64,000 bases of DNA from Cyanobacteria bacterium auto_48_18 (GCA_036170915.1 JAVHQC010000001.1:32001-96000); one strand, 5' to 3'; counted from the stretch's first letter, positions 1 through 10,082 are shown. A program made the numbers and translations. Notes: a model not told the origin generated them from the letters alone.

Positions 1-1
1 G

Positions 2-946
2 AAAAAAGATTATGACCGGGCCATCGACGCTCTTTTGCAAGCCACATATTTTGCTCGCAACGGTTACGCGCCAGAAGCGTTTTACTATTTAGGTCTCAGT
101 TATAAAGCCAAAGGTGACAATCGCAAAGCCAAAGAGGCTCTAAAGAAGCATCTGGCGCAATCTGTTGATGATGCTGCTTTAGGCAATATTGCCATGGCCG
201 AAGTTTTAATTGACCTTGGTGAACTGGACGGCATCGAACATTTCATTTCAGCTGCTCTGATTGGCTCAAAAGTTTACGGACCAATCTGGTGCTCGGCTCA
301 GTATGTTCATGCCAAACTAGACGTGGCGCGTGGCCACGACGCTGATGCTGTCAATCGTTACAAAGACGCTCTTGGTCAGCGGCCCTGGACTTATTTTGAC
401 GCCTGGATCGGACTTGCCGAATGTCTGATGAAAATGAAAAAGTGGTCTGAAGCTCATAAGTATTTAGACGATTTGCTCAACACTGATGCTGTGGTTAAAG
501 GCATGAATTATGAGCGCACTCATCTAGATTTGGGCATCTGCTCCCTCGCCAAAGGCAATCACCAGGGCGCTATCGACAATTGGCATAAATGTCTGCAGTA
601 TAATCCCGATAATCGCGAAGCTCATTTGCAGCTGGCCATGATTCTTGATGCTGAGAATCATATTTCGTCTTCCATTAAAGAGTATCGGCAATTTATTAGG
701 CTCTGTGACGATCCTAAATTGCAGTATTTGCCTAAAGATGTACGTTCAAAACAAGTTGAAGATCGCATTGCCATGTTAGAGCAGAAGTTGCAGACAGAAG
801 CACCCGCGCCGCGCCCCACTGTTTCGCCATACGCTCTAAAAGTAGAAGAGAAAGCGGCGCAAGAAAGAGAGCGCCAGGCCGAGTTAGAGCGGCAGCGCGA
901 CCTTGAAGAGCAAATGAAGAAATTGCCGAAAGACGCCGGTTTTTAA
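2..946 (+). CDS. TPR-repeat protein (5' end probably outside the window)
   Basis: The frame is open from position 2 (KKDYDRAIDALLQ...). Repeated TPR-like helices (AFYYLGLSY, AWIGLAECL, THLDLGICSL, AHLQLAMIL) and a charged coiled-coil C-terminus. Confidence 0.8.
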   Translation, partial: KKDYDRAIDALLQATYFARNGYAPEAFYYLGLSYKAKGDNRKAKEALKKHLAQSVDDAALGNIAMAEVLIDLGELDGIEHFISAALIGSKVYGPIWCSAQYVHAKLDVARGHDADAVNRYKDALGQRPWTYFDAWIGLAECLMKMKKWSEAHKYLDDLLNTDAVVKGMNYERTHLDLGICSLAKGNHQGAIDNWHKCLQYNPDNREAHLQLAMILDAENHISSSIKEYRQFIRLCDDPKLQYLPKDVRSKQVEDRIAMLEQKLQTEAPAPRPTVSPYALKVEEKAAQERERQAELERQRDLEEQMKKLPKDAGF

Positions 947-960
947 GTCGATACTACGAC

Positions 961-1605
961 TTAAAAAGGCAAAGCTGATTGTTTATAACCCTGCGGTATC
1001 TCAAAGAGAAACGGCTTGGGAGGCCGTGCCACCATTCTTGTTAGAGTGGCGGAGCTGTTGCTGTTTGGGATGCTCATAGAAACAAGACATTTGGTTTTTT
1101 GATCAAACCAAGATTCGACAACCGCATTTTTATCGCCGGGTAACTGCGAACGGTAACCGACGCAAGTGAGATTGCCATATTTGCGAAAGCCTAATTTTTC
1201 AGCATCCATACTTTTGAACATTTCTTCGTCAAAGGCTGCTAGACCCTTGTTGGGCAGTACGTCAGACATGAAAGTCTTTTGTTTTTCGTGCAAGAAATAT
1301 CTTTTCTTATTCTTAAAATCAACTATAGTGCTACTAACAGCGGTGCTATTAGGCATGGTTGATTCCAATCGCACTTTTCCCTTTCCATCGCAGTACAAAT
1401 ATAAAATCGAAAGACCTGAATTGCTTTTCTGCTCATAAGAAGCTTCGTAGGCCACTTTGGGATAAGTGGTAGTGAGATCGCGTTTCAGTTGACCAGAGTT
1501 AACTTCGTATTTGGTCACTTGCGAATAGATTGACATACCAATAATAAATGCCAGCACCACCCATAGTGGCGTTGTGCGAGTGCTGAACCAAGTGCTCGGG
1601 TTCAT
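961..1605 (-). CDS. Membrane-anchored exported protein, DUF4412/LolA-like beta-rich fold
   Basis: 214 aa ORF with an N-terminal hydrophobic helix. The GKVRLES...TIVDFK..YFL, E.LG....C.GYR and LFEIPQGY patterns are typical of DUF4412-like proteins. Confidence 0.55.
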   Translation of the reverse strand: MNPSTWFSTRTTPLWVVLAFIIGMSIYSQVTKYEVNSGQLKRDLTTTYPKVAYEASYEQKSNSGLSILYLYCDGKGKVRLESTMPNSTAVSSTIVDFKNKKRYFLHEKQKTFMSDVLPNKGLAAFDEEMFKSMDAEKLGFRKYGNLTCVGYRSQLPGDKNAVVESWFDQKTKCLVSMSIPNSNSSATLTRMVARPPKPFLFEIPQGYKQSALPF

Positions 1606-2219
1606 AGAAGCCCCTTCTTTCTCACTTCGATTGACGAGGCGAACTCCTCAAAGACGGTCATGCCGGCAAGATCTGTCTTTTTCACTGTGCCGGTTACGAG
1701 AAGCACTTTGCCTTTGAGATAAGGCATGACGTAATTGACCTGACGAATCTCAATGTCATCAACTTTGCCGGTGTGAATTATTCGGGCGCAGTTGACACCT
1801 GATGCCAATTTTGTCATTTCATTTGATTCAAGCTTAAAGCTATCGCATTGCTTTGATAGCTCATCTTCCAGCGCCTTGGCTGTTTTCTCCAGACTGCCTT
1901 TACTCTCGCGGTCGGCGATAATCAAACTGCCTTTTTCCTCAGTTGATTTTTTAACCAGCAAATCGTGGGCATAAAATGGGTTTTTAGTAGCCTGCCAACC
2001 CTTGGGCAAAGCATAAGTTAAATTGGCCGAGCGGTCAGTTTGCAATAATTCAGCGGTCGGGTGCTCTTCTTTGCTGCTATCGACGGCTTCCTGGAAAGTT
2101 TTCTTGGCCGCAGGTTGCGACTTTTTCAGGCCTGGCCAGGCCTCCACAGACACGGCGGCTGAACAGACGAGGGTCACGGAAATTGCGATTGTAAATAAGT
2201 TTTGGGTGGCCGGGCGCAT
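1602..2219 (-). CDS. Secreted hypothetical protein, PsbP/DcrB-like fold possible
   Basis: 205 aa ORF with a signal peptide (..AAVSVEA). LTYALPKGW motif and FEEFASSI end. ATGA overlap with the next gene. Confidence 0.5.
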   Translation of the reverse strand: MRPATQNLFTIAISVTLVCSAAVSVEAWPGLKKSQPAAKKTFQEAVDSSKEEHPTAELLQTDRSANLTYALPKGWQATKNPFYAHDLLVKKSTEEKGSLIIADRESKGSLEKTAKALEDELSKQCDSFKLESNEMTKLASGVNCARIIHTGKVDDIEIRQVNYVMPYLKGKVLLVTGTVKKTDLAGMTVFEEFASSIEVRKKGLL

Positions 2220-2385
2220 TTAACCGTCTCTTTCGGAATGATTTATGGGCTGATCAAAAGTCATTTGTAGCATAAACAGCCATGTTGAAAGTCTCAAGCT
2301 TTTCCTAAAAGTTTATTCTGGTAGTACTGGGGTTTCCCCTGGGTTACATTGAGGTTGGCAAGGGAATACTTAGATAGTTGATTAG

Positions 2386-3378
2386 GTGAACGCGATGCCC
2401 GAGCTTCTGGACCAACGCCCCATCAATGTCCCGGATTCGCCCGCGCGCGCCGGTATTTTCGTGGAAAATATTACCAAGACTTACAAGGGCGGCAAGGTTA
2501 AGGCTCTGAACGGCCTTTCGCTTGAGATTCACCCGGGCGAGGCTCTTGGGCTCGTGGGCCCCAATGGCGCCGGAAAAACCACCTTGCTCAGCTGCTTAAT
2601 GGGCTTTTTGCGTATTGATTCGGGCAGCATTTTGATTGATGGCGAGGCGCCAGATGCTTTAACCACTCGCCGTCTGGTGGGCTATTTACCTGAGCGGCTG
2701 ACATTCGACCGCTGGATGACCGGCCGCGATTACATGCAATATCACCATGAGTTGGCTGGTATGCCCGAATCGACCCGCAAAAGCGACTGCGAAATCTTAC
2801 TCGAGCGCGTGGAGTTACCGCCGTCGACTTGGTCCATGGCTGTGAAGAAATATTCAAGGGGAATGTTGCAGCGTCTTGGTTTTGCCCAGGCTCTGGTGGG
2901 CCAACCGCGTTATTTATTGCTCGATGAGCCGGCCTCTGGTATGGATCCCAGCGGCGTGCTTATTGTGCGTCAACTTTTGAAAGCTTTGAAGCAAGATGGC
3001 CTGACGATTTTGCTCAATTCGCACCAGCTTGATCAAATTGAAAAGGTTTGTGATCGTGTGGCTTTTCTTCAGGCTGGCACTGTCAGTCGTGTAGAAGATA
3101 TGCATGTAAAAATTGAGCAGGAGGAGAATTTGATTATTCGCTGGCTGGCCGAAGCCACTGATTTGGGTGTGGAAGATTTCGGCCGCATTGCGCAAAAAGA
3201 ATGCCTGGCCATTGCCGAAATCAATCAAGATTTCGCCCGCGTTAGCACCGCTGGTAGTGCTGCTACAGTCAAACTAATTAAGGCCCTAGTAGCCGCCGAT
3301 TTTCCTATTAACGAAGTCAGAGCTGAAGACACAAGGCTGGAACGCCTCTTCATTAAATCAAGTAAGGAGGGGTCTTAA
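2386..3378 (+). CDS. ABC transporter ATP-binding protein
   Basis: Walker A GPNGAGKT, signature YSRGMLQR, Walker B LLLDEP and H-loop NSH. Confidence 0.95.
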   Translation: MNAMPELLDQRPINVPDSPARAGIFVENITKTYKGGKVKALNGLSLEIHPGEALGLVGPNGAGKTTLLSCLMGFLRIDSGSILIDGEAPDALTTRRLVGYLPERLTFDRWMTGRDYMQYHHELAGMPESTRKSDCEILLERVELPPSTWSMAVKKYSRGMLQRLGFAQALVGQPRYLLLDEPASGMDPSGVLIVRQLLKALKQDGLTILLNSHQLDQIEKVCDRVAFLQAGTVSRVEDMHVKIEQEENLIIRWLAEATDLGVEDFGRIAQKECLAIAEINQDFARVSTAGSAATVKLIKALVAADFPINEVRAEDTRLERLFIKSSKEGS

Positions 3379-3380
3379 GC

Positions 3381-4157
3381 ATGAACCGCGCTGTCTGCAT
3401 CACCACCTGGCGAGAGTTTAAAGCCAACAAAGTGCGCATTATTATGCTCACCCTTCTGTTCTTAGGACCAGTTGTAGTTTTTACAATGCGACGCTGTACT
3501 AGCCCAGAAGCGCTCAATGAAGATTTGCTTTCGCATCCGTGTATGGCCAGCTTCTTTACTTTGTTGTGGGCCGCTGGAGTGATCGGGCGTGAGGTGCAGA
3601 ACGGCACTATTGCTCTGGTTCTTGCCAGGCCCATATCAATAGCCACATATGTATATAGCAAGTGGTTTGCCGTAGCTTTTGCTGCATCGCTTTGCGCCGT
3701 GGAGGCAGTGTTTTGCGAGCATATTATTTCGGCTGTGAATTGCCCGGCGCTTTTATGGCGCACCGAATTTCTCACCAATGGTGTTGAACGCGTTTTGCTC
3801 TGCTTCGGCACAGCTGCCTTTTTGATTTTGCTGTCGTCAATGGTATCTGGCCTGAAAGATCTAGCGGTGCTGGCCGGTTATGGCTTCAGCTTCATGGTGT
3901 TTGCCTCAGTCAGTTCAATGGTGCATCACCTCTGTGCCGTTGCTCATTTTGACCCAGACCTCGTCAGCGGTGCCTTCAGGGCTATTGAACATATTTTTGC
4001 TGGCATCATTTTTCCCTATGTTCAATGGTCAGTATTTTTCTCTGGCGATCTTTTCGCATTAGGTTCAATAGTTTCCTATCTAACATTGATTACTTGTTCA
4101 CTTGCTCTGGCCATTAGAGTGCTTACACGCAAGGAGTTTTCCTATGCAGCCGACTAA
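3381..4157 (+). CDS. ABC-2 type transporter permease
   Basis: About 6 TM helices and the GREVQNGTIALVLARPISIATYVYSKW permease motif. Follows the ATPase with a GGAGG RBS. Confidence 0.85.
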   Translation: MNRAVCITTWREFKANKVRIIMLTLLFLGPVVVFTMRRCTSPEALNEDLLSHPCMASFFTLLWAAGVIGREVQNGTIALVLARPISIATYVYSKWFAVAFAASLCAVEAVFCEHIISAVNCPALLWRTEFLTNGVERVLLCFGTAAFLILLSSMVSGLKDLAVLAGYGFSFMVFASVSSMVHHLCAVAHFDPDLVSGAFRAIEHIFAGIIFPYVQWSVFFSGDLFALGSIVSYLTLITCSLALAIRVLTRKEFSYAAD

Positions 4158-5262
4158 AAGCAAAAGCACACGCTATCAACCGAAGGGGCTCTATTTATGC
4201 GCCGGAGCATTGGCTATACTCTCAACCATCTGCAATTTTGGTGAGCAGTTTGCCTCTGACTATTTCGCCCAAATTAATGACTACCTGGCGGGCACCAGCC
4301 CAATTCAATGGCGTAGTCGCGAGCAAGCGGTCAATGAGGCAAAAGCGAAGCGTAAACCAATACTGTATGTGGTGCTTGTGAAAGGCGACGTCTACTCGAT
4401 GCGATTAAGTGGTGAAGGCCTGCACGACGCGGCGGCGGCTGCTCTAATCAACAAAAATTATATTCCCGTCAAAATCGTCTATAACGAGGCCCGCAATTAT
4501 AAAACACCCAAAGGCGATGCCAAAGTTCTGTATGATCTTGGCTTCAATATCTCTAACGGCTCGTTGATTACAGTTCCGTGGCAAATGACTGATATGCATT
4601 GCTCAGACATACTTTCTACGGCCAATCTGGCTGAAATGGGTGTGGAAGACACGACTAACCTGGAGAAAGGAAGTCGCTGGAATTACAATCAGAACTACAA
4701 TAGCTATCACACTCGCGGCCAATTTGGTGAACTTTACGGCCCCAGTTCCAAGTCAATTTTCTCAGGTTACACTGATCGCCAACAGCTGATTGATTATTTG
4801 CAGACCGCAAACCTCTGGCACCAGTTACCTGCCACCAAAGGCAAAATCGCCTGGTTGCCTGAAGAGACACTCAAGAAACCATTGACTGACAAGCCAAGGC
4901 TGATTGCCCTGGTGGAAAATTATGGTGCTTCCAGCGATGGCATGCGCCTGGACCTGTTTTGGAGAAAGTCTCAGTATGACCTGATCAATCAATCTTTTGA
5001 ACCTGTACTGGTGGAGTTTCGTCATGGCGACAAAGCTTACAACGAAAAATTCCAATACTTAAAAGATAAATATGGCGTCACTAGTTTGCCAGCACTGGTT
5101 GTAGAAGGAGCTAAACTAAAGGCACCTCTGGTGCAATTCGGAAATTCCGGCAGCAGCGGCACTGATGACTTCTTGCAATCGGCTCTCACCGGCAAAGAAA
5201 AGACTTCGCACAACTTTGAAAGGTACCCGCATGGCGCTCACTACCGCGCACACCACCATTGA
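4144..5262 (+). CDS. Membrane-anchored protein with two thioredoxin-like (DUF255-like) domains lacking CxxC
   Basis: N-terminal TM. IQW...AVNEAKAKRKPILY...LINKNYIPVKI is repeated as IAW...KPRLI...LINQSFEPVLV...KYGVTSLPALVV. Start moved to ATG 4144, which overlaps the permease end. Confidence 0.55.
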   Translation: MQPTKSKSTRYQPKGLYLCAGALAILSTICNFGEQFASDYFAQINDYLAGTSPIQWRSREQAVNEAKAKRKPILYVVLVKGDVYSMRLSGEGLHDAAAAALINKNYIPVKIVYNEARNYKTPKGDAKVLYDLGFNISNGSLITVPWQMTDMHCSDILSTANLAEMGVEDTTNLEKGSRWNYNQNYNSYHTRGQFGELYGPSSKSIFSGYTDRQQLIDYLQTANLWHQLPATKGKIAWLPEETLKKPLTDKPRLIALVENYGASSDGMRLDLFWRKSQYDLINQSFEPVLVEFRHGDKAYNEKFQYLKDKYGVTSLPALVVEGAKLKAPLVQFGNSGSSGTDDFLQSALTGKEKTSHNFERYPHGAHYRAHHH

Positions 5263-6454
5263 AGTAGACGGTAAAACACTCCACATTCCGCAGGGCATAA
5301 ATTACAGCTGCTCCGGCTGCGGACGCTGCTGCAATGGTGTGGCCGTGCCCATGACCCAAGACGATTATGAGCGGGTCTCGGCCATCGACTGGAGCAAAGA
5401 ATTACCCGAGTTCGACTGGAGCCGGCAGTTCAGGATGCTCAGCGCCAAAGAAAATGACAGCTCCACTTATACGCACGCCATTCGCCCCACTAATGATGGC
5501 CACTGCCCGTTTTTGATCAACAAACTTTGCCACATCCACGCCACTCGTGGTGAGCACGTCAAGCCCCTTATTTGCGGGCTCTTCCCTTATTCGTTTAATC
5601 ACACTCCATCAGGCGTTTACCTGACGGTGAGCTTCCGCAGCAACGCGGTGCTGGGCAATATGGGCACGCCGCTGACCGAACAGATTGATACGCTTAAAGA
5701 GAAGTTTGCTGTTTACAACACTCTCTATACAGCGCGCTCGGTCATCTGGGATTCAATCAAATTGACTGTGGACAAGCCAATTAGCTGGCCGCAATATCTG
5801 GAGTATGAGCAAGGTGTGCTCACGGCACTGACTCAAGAAAATGTGCCACTCAAGCAAAGGTTGTTTGCCGCTTCAGACGCACTCTTCAAAGATTTAAATA
5901 AGCCGCCTGCTCCAGCCGAAATTGCACCACCTAAGGGCATCGACAAGAAATTTTTAGCTGGTTTGTTTGCACTTTATTTTCCTAGTGACGCCAAGTTTCT
6001 CAACAAAGATGTGGTCTTCAACGGCGTAAAATTTGCCCTTGATTTGGCCCTCAAAGCACCGAAGTTTAAGGTGGTGAACAAGTCATTTACTTTTGAGGAG
6101 TTGACTGCTTTTCCGTGGCCTAAAGGCGATGCTGAAATCGAAGATTTGCTGACCAGGTTTTTGTATTCGCGAGTCTTCGGCAAATGGTACTTTGGTGGTG
6201 GCTTTGCACAACTCAGCGTAATTGCCGGATTTCACCATCTGGCCATGCTCATTACTCTCATTCGTTTGCATTCCGCTGGCCTAGCCATCGCCCGTGGTGC
6301 CGACCAGGTGTCAATGATTGATGTAATGGTATCAGTCAGGCAGGTAGAAGAGAAAGTGCAGGAAGCTGTTCTAGACGGCTACAGTGCCGCTCTCTGGGAG
6401 CTCATGCTCTTTGCCCCCGGTCGCTTGCGCAGAGTTTTGGAAGCAAGTATTTAG
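5231..6454 (+). CDS. YkgJ-family cysteine-cluster protein, FliB (Fe-S lysine N-methyltransferase)-like
   Basis: YSCSGCGRCC, CPFL..KLCHIH and KPLICGLFP cysteine motifs, plus a FliB-like helical C-terminus. Start ATG 5231. Confidence 0.75.
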   Translation: MALTTAHTTIEVDGKTLHIPQGINYSCSGCGRCCNGVAVPMTQDDYERVSAIDWSKELPEFDWSRQFRMLSAKENDSSTYTHAIRPTNDGHCPFLINKLCHIHATRGEHVKPLICGLFPYSFNHTPSGVYLTVSFRSNAVLGNMGTPLTEQIDTLKEKFAVYNTLYTARSVIWDSIKLTVDKPISWPQYLEYEQGVLTALTQENVPLKQRLFAASDALFKDLNKPPAPAEIAPPKGIDKKFLAGLFALYFPSDAKFLNKDVVFNGVKFALDLALKAPKFKVVNKSFTFEELTAFPWPKGDAEIEDLLTRFLYSRVFGKWYFGGGFAQLSVIAGFHHLAMLITLIRLHSAGLAIARGADQVSMIDVMVSVRQVEEKVQEAVLDGYSAALWELMLFAPGRLRRVLEASI

Positions 6455-6501
6455 AGTGCTGGTTGTTCGCTTTCTTCTGGATCTTTGAGGTTTTAGAACA
6501 G

Positions 6502-7836
6502 ATGCAACCAAGTAGAGATTTGCACCCGGACAATCAGCCGGTAGACGTGGATAAAGAGGCAAGCGATCTACTTCCCAGTCAGCTGCTTCGCGATTTGGAA
6601 GGTCGCAACAGTCTGTTGAGTGCCAGACAACTGAGCACAAAGCTCGAACTTTCGCCCGCCGGCAGCAGTCTTGAAATACCTAAAGCCTTAGAGTCAGTCG
6701 AATCGAATCGACAAATCGCAAAGAGTGCCGAATCATTTGCCAGAGCCAATCATTTTGAGCTAGAAGCCCGTGGCAATGATTTTGTTTACGGTATGCAAGT
6801 TGGAGGAAAGAAGCTCGAACTGATTCGAACTCCAGCGACAGAAAAAGGTTTGAGAGAGGCCGAGGAGCAGTTAAAAGAACTGGTCAGGCAAGAAGCCATT
6901 AACTTGGAGAAGACTTACAAGATTTCCATTGCACAACAAGGCGAGCCTGTAGACTACCAGAGAAGTTCGTCAGATAGTCCGAAGTCGGATCACATTGTAT
7001 TGGCTCGCGCTCCAGAACTTTTCGATCTCTATGGCGTTCGAGCTGCCCTCGAGAAGAGTCCTTCAAGTGCTTCAGGGCGAGATGGTCAGGGCTTGAAATT
7101 TTTCTGGCTCAACGAGAAAGTCATCACTGAAATTGGTCCATACGCGACTTTTCAGACTGATCAGAATGGGCGTGGCAGCGTATATATTTGGCCAGCCGCA
7201 AGAGAGATCAAACATGCCACAGAAGACGATTTGACTGAGTCGCAGAGAAAGATTTCTTACTACACTAGAGAAAGAGAAGTAAGCTGGCAAAGTATCATAC
7301 TTCATGAGTTGGGTCACAACACCGCTGACAAGCTTGGATACGAAAAGAAATCGAGTGTGAATGAAATCGTCTCAGAGCTAAGTGCTGCCGGAGAGAAGTT
7401 AGCTGAAGATATTGGCTGGGTCAAACGCAGAGATGTGGAGAATTCAGGAGAGGACTGGCTATTGGTCGGCAAGAGCGTAGACGACAACGGAAAGCCTGCC
7501 ACTTTCGTGCCAGACCACAACAACATCTTCTTTAGCTCCTATCTGCGCTGGCGCGCCGATGGCGGAGCTGTGAATGCAAAAGGAAAAGTTGTACCGGCAC
7601 ACGAAGGACAAAAACTATCCGAGCAAGAGATGATGGCAGAGGCTCTCGTAACACCTCCAACCTTCTATTTTGATAATCCTGCCGAGCTTTACGCTGAAGG
7701 CATGAAGCTCTATCGCCTTGGCGACAGTGCTAGATCGCATCTGCAAAAAGTCAGCCCGAAACTCTACGAAATAGTCAAACGAGACAATCAGCGTGAAATA
7801 GACTTTCCTAAGCTTGCCTCTCCAAAAATTGACTGA
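6502..7836 (+). CDS. Hypothetical protein with a zincin metallopeptidase motif
   Basis: IILHELGH (HExxH) with a downstream PAELYAEG third-ligand pattern. No signal peptide. Start ATG 6502 after GAGG. Confidence 0.6.
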   Translation: MQPSRDLHPDNQPVDVDKEASDLLPSQLLRDLEGRNSLLSARQLSTKLELSPAGSSLEIPKALESVESNRQIAKSAESFARANHFELEARGNDFVYGMQVGGKKLELIRTPATEKGLREAEEQLKELVRQEAINLEKTYKISIAQQGEPVDYQRSSSDSPKSDHIVLARAPELFDLYGVRAALEKSPSSASGRDGQGLKFFWLNEKVITEIGPYATFQTDQNGRGSVYIWPAAREIKHATEDDLTESQRKISYYTREREVSWQSIILHELGHNTADKLGYEKKSSVNEIVSELSAAGEKLAEDIGWVKRRDVENSGEDWLLVGKSVDDNGKPATFVPDHNNIFFSSYLRWRADGGAVNAKGKVVPAHEGQKLSEQEMMAEALVTPPTFYFDNPAELYAEGMKLYRLGDSARSHLQKVSPKLYEIVKRDNQREIDFPKLASPKID

Positions 7837-7868
7837 TCAGGTCTCGGGCTTTGTTGCCGATGCAGTGT

Positions 7869-9023
7869 TTACTGCTGTGGTGAATTCTCCTTTTTGTAAT
7901 AGCGCGGAATGGTTAAACCGCCGTGAGATCCTGAAGCTTCTTCCAATGCCCCCACCACGCCGTATAAACGAGCTGTGCCGCCGCCCGCTGATTGGTATTT
8001 GAGATTTTCTATATTTGATTCCACGGTGTCGGCATGGCTTTGTTCGCCTAACTGCACAGACATGTTTTTCACAGCAAGACCAAGAGGCACCGACGTATTT
8101 CCGCCGCTGAATTTAGCTCTGTTATTTAGGACGACGTTGAAATTATCCAGATTGCCGATACCGGTTTCCATTTGGCTGTCACCACTTGCGGCTACGTCTA
8201 CATTGCCGCGCACATCCTTTATAGTGACTTTGGAGGAGCCGTCTAATTTGATGGCACATGGTTTTGCGCTGGTGCTCAGTTTGTCGAGACGAATGCGACC
8301 ATTTTCCGTGGCCGTAATATTGCAATCACCGCTGACCTCGCCTACACCAAGTTCACCGCTGCCACTGCTGGCGATGGTGAGCGCACCTGAGGACCAATTA
8401 TCAACTTGAGCAGGAAGGTTACCTCTCCAATTAAGAGCCACTGCACCCGTATAATTTTCAGGCACCACAATTTGCATGCAGTCAACTTCATTGTCGCTGC
8501 CTTTGCGGCCTGATCCGTTTTGCACACGATGTCCGTTCACAAATATGCCTTCGCCGTTTATTTCCAGGCCTTTGACGCCTTTCCTTACCGCTTTCTTTTC
8601 TACGGGTAATTTTTTGCCGTCGATATAGATGCCGGTGGTGACCATGTTGATGCTCCCACCAACGCCATCGTCAACAGTGCCCTGACCAATCAAAGTATGG
8701 CGATTCTGAGTGCGATATACACCGCGATAACACTTAGCTACTTTGGTCTGAGTTACCTGGCCGCGATCGTCCACTAACCAGTGCCTGGGGTAGTTGACTC
8801 TGATTTCAATATCATTGCGGGCCTCGTGAGTAAGGTCGAAATCAGCGTTGTTTATGTCTAGATTGAGCGGCGAGCTGGCTGGCAATCTAATTGCCGTTTG
8901 CATTGGCTTTAAATCATAGGCCGATAGTTTCTTTGTTTTGGCCTCGGCGGTCAGAGTGAATGTGAGCGCCATCATCAGTGAAAGGCCAAGAGCGCGTGAT
9001 ATTGGCTGGGGCGATGATTTCAT
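7869..9023 (-). CDS. Secreted GIN/DUF2807 (adhesin-head-like beta-solenoid) protein
   Basis: Signal peptide ending AEA, and repeated SGSGELG/DGSSKVT/SGDSQME/AGGGTAR beta-solenoid units. Confidence 0.6.
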   Translation of the reverse strand: MKSSPQPISRALGLSLMMALTFTLTAEAKTKKLSAYDLKPMQTAIRLPASSPLNLDINNADFDLTHEARNDIEIRVNYPRHWLVDDRGQVTQTKVAKCYRGVYRTQNRHTLIGQGTVDDGVGGSINMVTTGIYIDGKKLPVEKKAVRKGVKGLEINGEGIFVNGHRVQNGSGRKGSDNEVDCMQIVVPENYTGAVALNWRGNLPAQVDNWSSGALTIASSGSGELGVGEVSGDCNITATENGRIRLDKLSTSAKPCAIKLDGSSKVTIKDVRGNVDVAASGDSQMETGIGNLDNFNVVLNNRAKFSGGNTSVPLGLAVKNMSVQLGEQSHADTVESNIENLKYQSAGGGTARLYGVVGALEEASGSHGGLTIPRYYKKENSPQQ

Positions 9024-9112
9024 CTGGGCGCTTCTCTTAGAGTGTGACTACAAAAGCACTACTTGGTTTTTTCACGGTTTAGGAGTTTTTGATAATTTTG
9101 GCCGTGGGTTGA

Positions 9113-9186
9113 CCTACTGCCTTTTGCGCGCCTAAGAAATTTTACAACTCTTAAGTTGTAAAATTACACAACCTAGAGGTTGTAAA
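9113..9186. repeat. Dispersed repeat copy 1: double palindrome ACAAC-N6-GTTGT
   Basis: CCTACTGCCTTTTGCGCGCCTAAGAAATTTTACAACTCTTAAGTTGTA...ACAACCTAGAGGTTGTAAAA aligns without gaps to 42597-42670. Confidence 0.85.
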
Positions 9187-9284
9187 AAAACTATAGACAG
9201 CAGATCAAGACTCCCTGACCGGAAGCCCAAAACTGCCAGAAACCCGACAAAACGGCCTAAAAACACCTAGCCGCGCAAAACTAA

Positions 9285-10082
9285 TTATTTACCGGTATAT
9301 TGCGGCGTACGTTTTTCAACAAAGGCAGCCACACCTTCAGCAAAATCATCTGAGCGACCGGCAATTTCTTGCAGGCTGGCTTCGTACTCTAACAATTCTT
9401 CCAAATCATCAAATACAGCGCGGTTAACTGCACGCTTTGTCAAACCAAATGCCTTGGTTGGTCCCATGGCTAATTTCTCAGCCAGAGCCATGGCTTCTTT
9501 CATCAAATCGTCTTCGCCTACGATTTTGTTGATGATGCCCAAATTCAATGCTTCTTCAGCGCTTAATTTGTCGGCACTGAGCATTAGCTCAAATGCTTTG
9601 GTCAATCCAACCAGACGAGTGAGAATGAATGTGGCTCCAGAGTCTGGAATCAATCCAACTTTGGTGAATGATTGAATGAAGTTGACTTTGTCGGTGACAA
9701 TTCGGTAATCGCAAGCAAATGCAATGCTCGCCCCGGCACCAGCAGCAACGCCGTTGACGGCTGCAATAATCGGTTTTTCAATGCGACGCAGTTTAATCAC
9801 AATGGGGTTGTAGCGGCGGCGAATCGAGTCACCAAGCGATGGGCGCTCACCCATTTCTTGAGCGATGCTGCGGCTCTGCAAATCTTGTCCGGCACAAAAT
9901 CCACGGCCGGCAGCCGTCAAAATGATGGCGCGTACGTCTTTGTCTTTTTCCATCTCCTTTAAAGCGTCTTGCAGCTGAAAAGTCAGCTCGTCGCTAAAAG
10001 CGTTCAATTTATCAGGGCGATTGAGGGTGATGATACCAACGCCATTTTTCTTTTCGGTCAACAGAATCTTTTCGTCAGACAT
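9285..10082 (-). CDS. paaG: Crotonase-family isomerase, PaaG-like (1,2-epoxyphenylacetyl-CoA isomerase)
   Basis: GRGFCAGQDL, AVNGVAAGAGASIAFACD and FTKVGLIPDSG (PaaG-type catalytic Asp). Last gene of the paa-like operon. Confidence 0.8.
   Translation of the reverse strand: MSDEKILLTEKKNGVGIITLNRPDKLNAFSDELTFQLQDALKEMEKDKDVRAIILTAAGRGFCAGQDLQSRSIAQEMGERPSLGDSIRRRYNPIVIKLRRIEKPIIAAVNGVAAGAGASIAFACDYRIVTDKVNFIQSFTKVGLIPDSGATFILTRLVGLTKAFELMLSADKLSAEEALNLGIINKIVGEDDLMKEAMALAEKLAMGPTKAFGLTKRAVNRAVFDDLEELLEYEASLQEIAGRSDDFAEGVAAFVEKRTPQYTGK

Noticed and set aside
9113..9186. Possible CRISPR repeat or mini-array
   Set aside because: Only two palindromes 24 bp apart, no spacer-length unique sequence and no cas genes.
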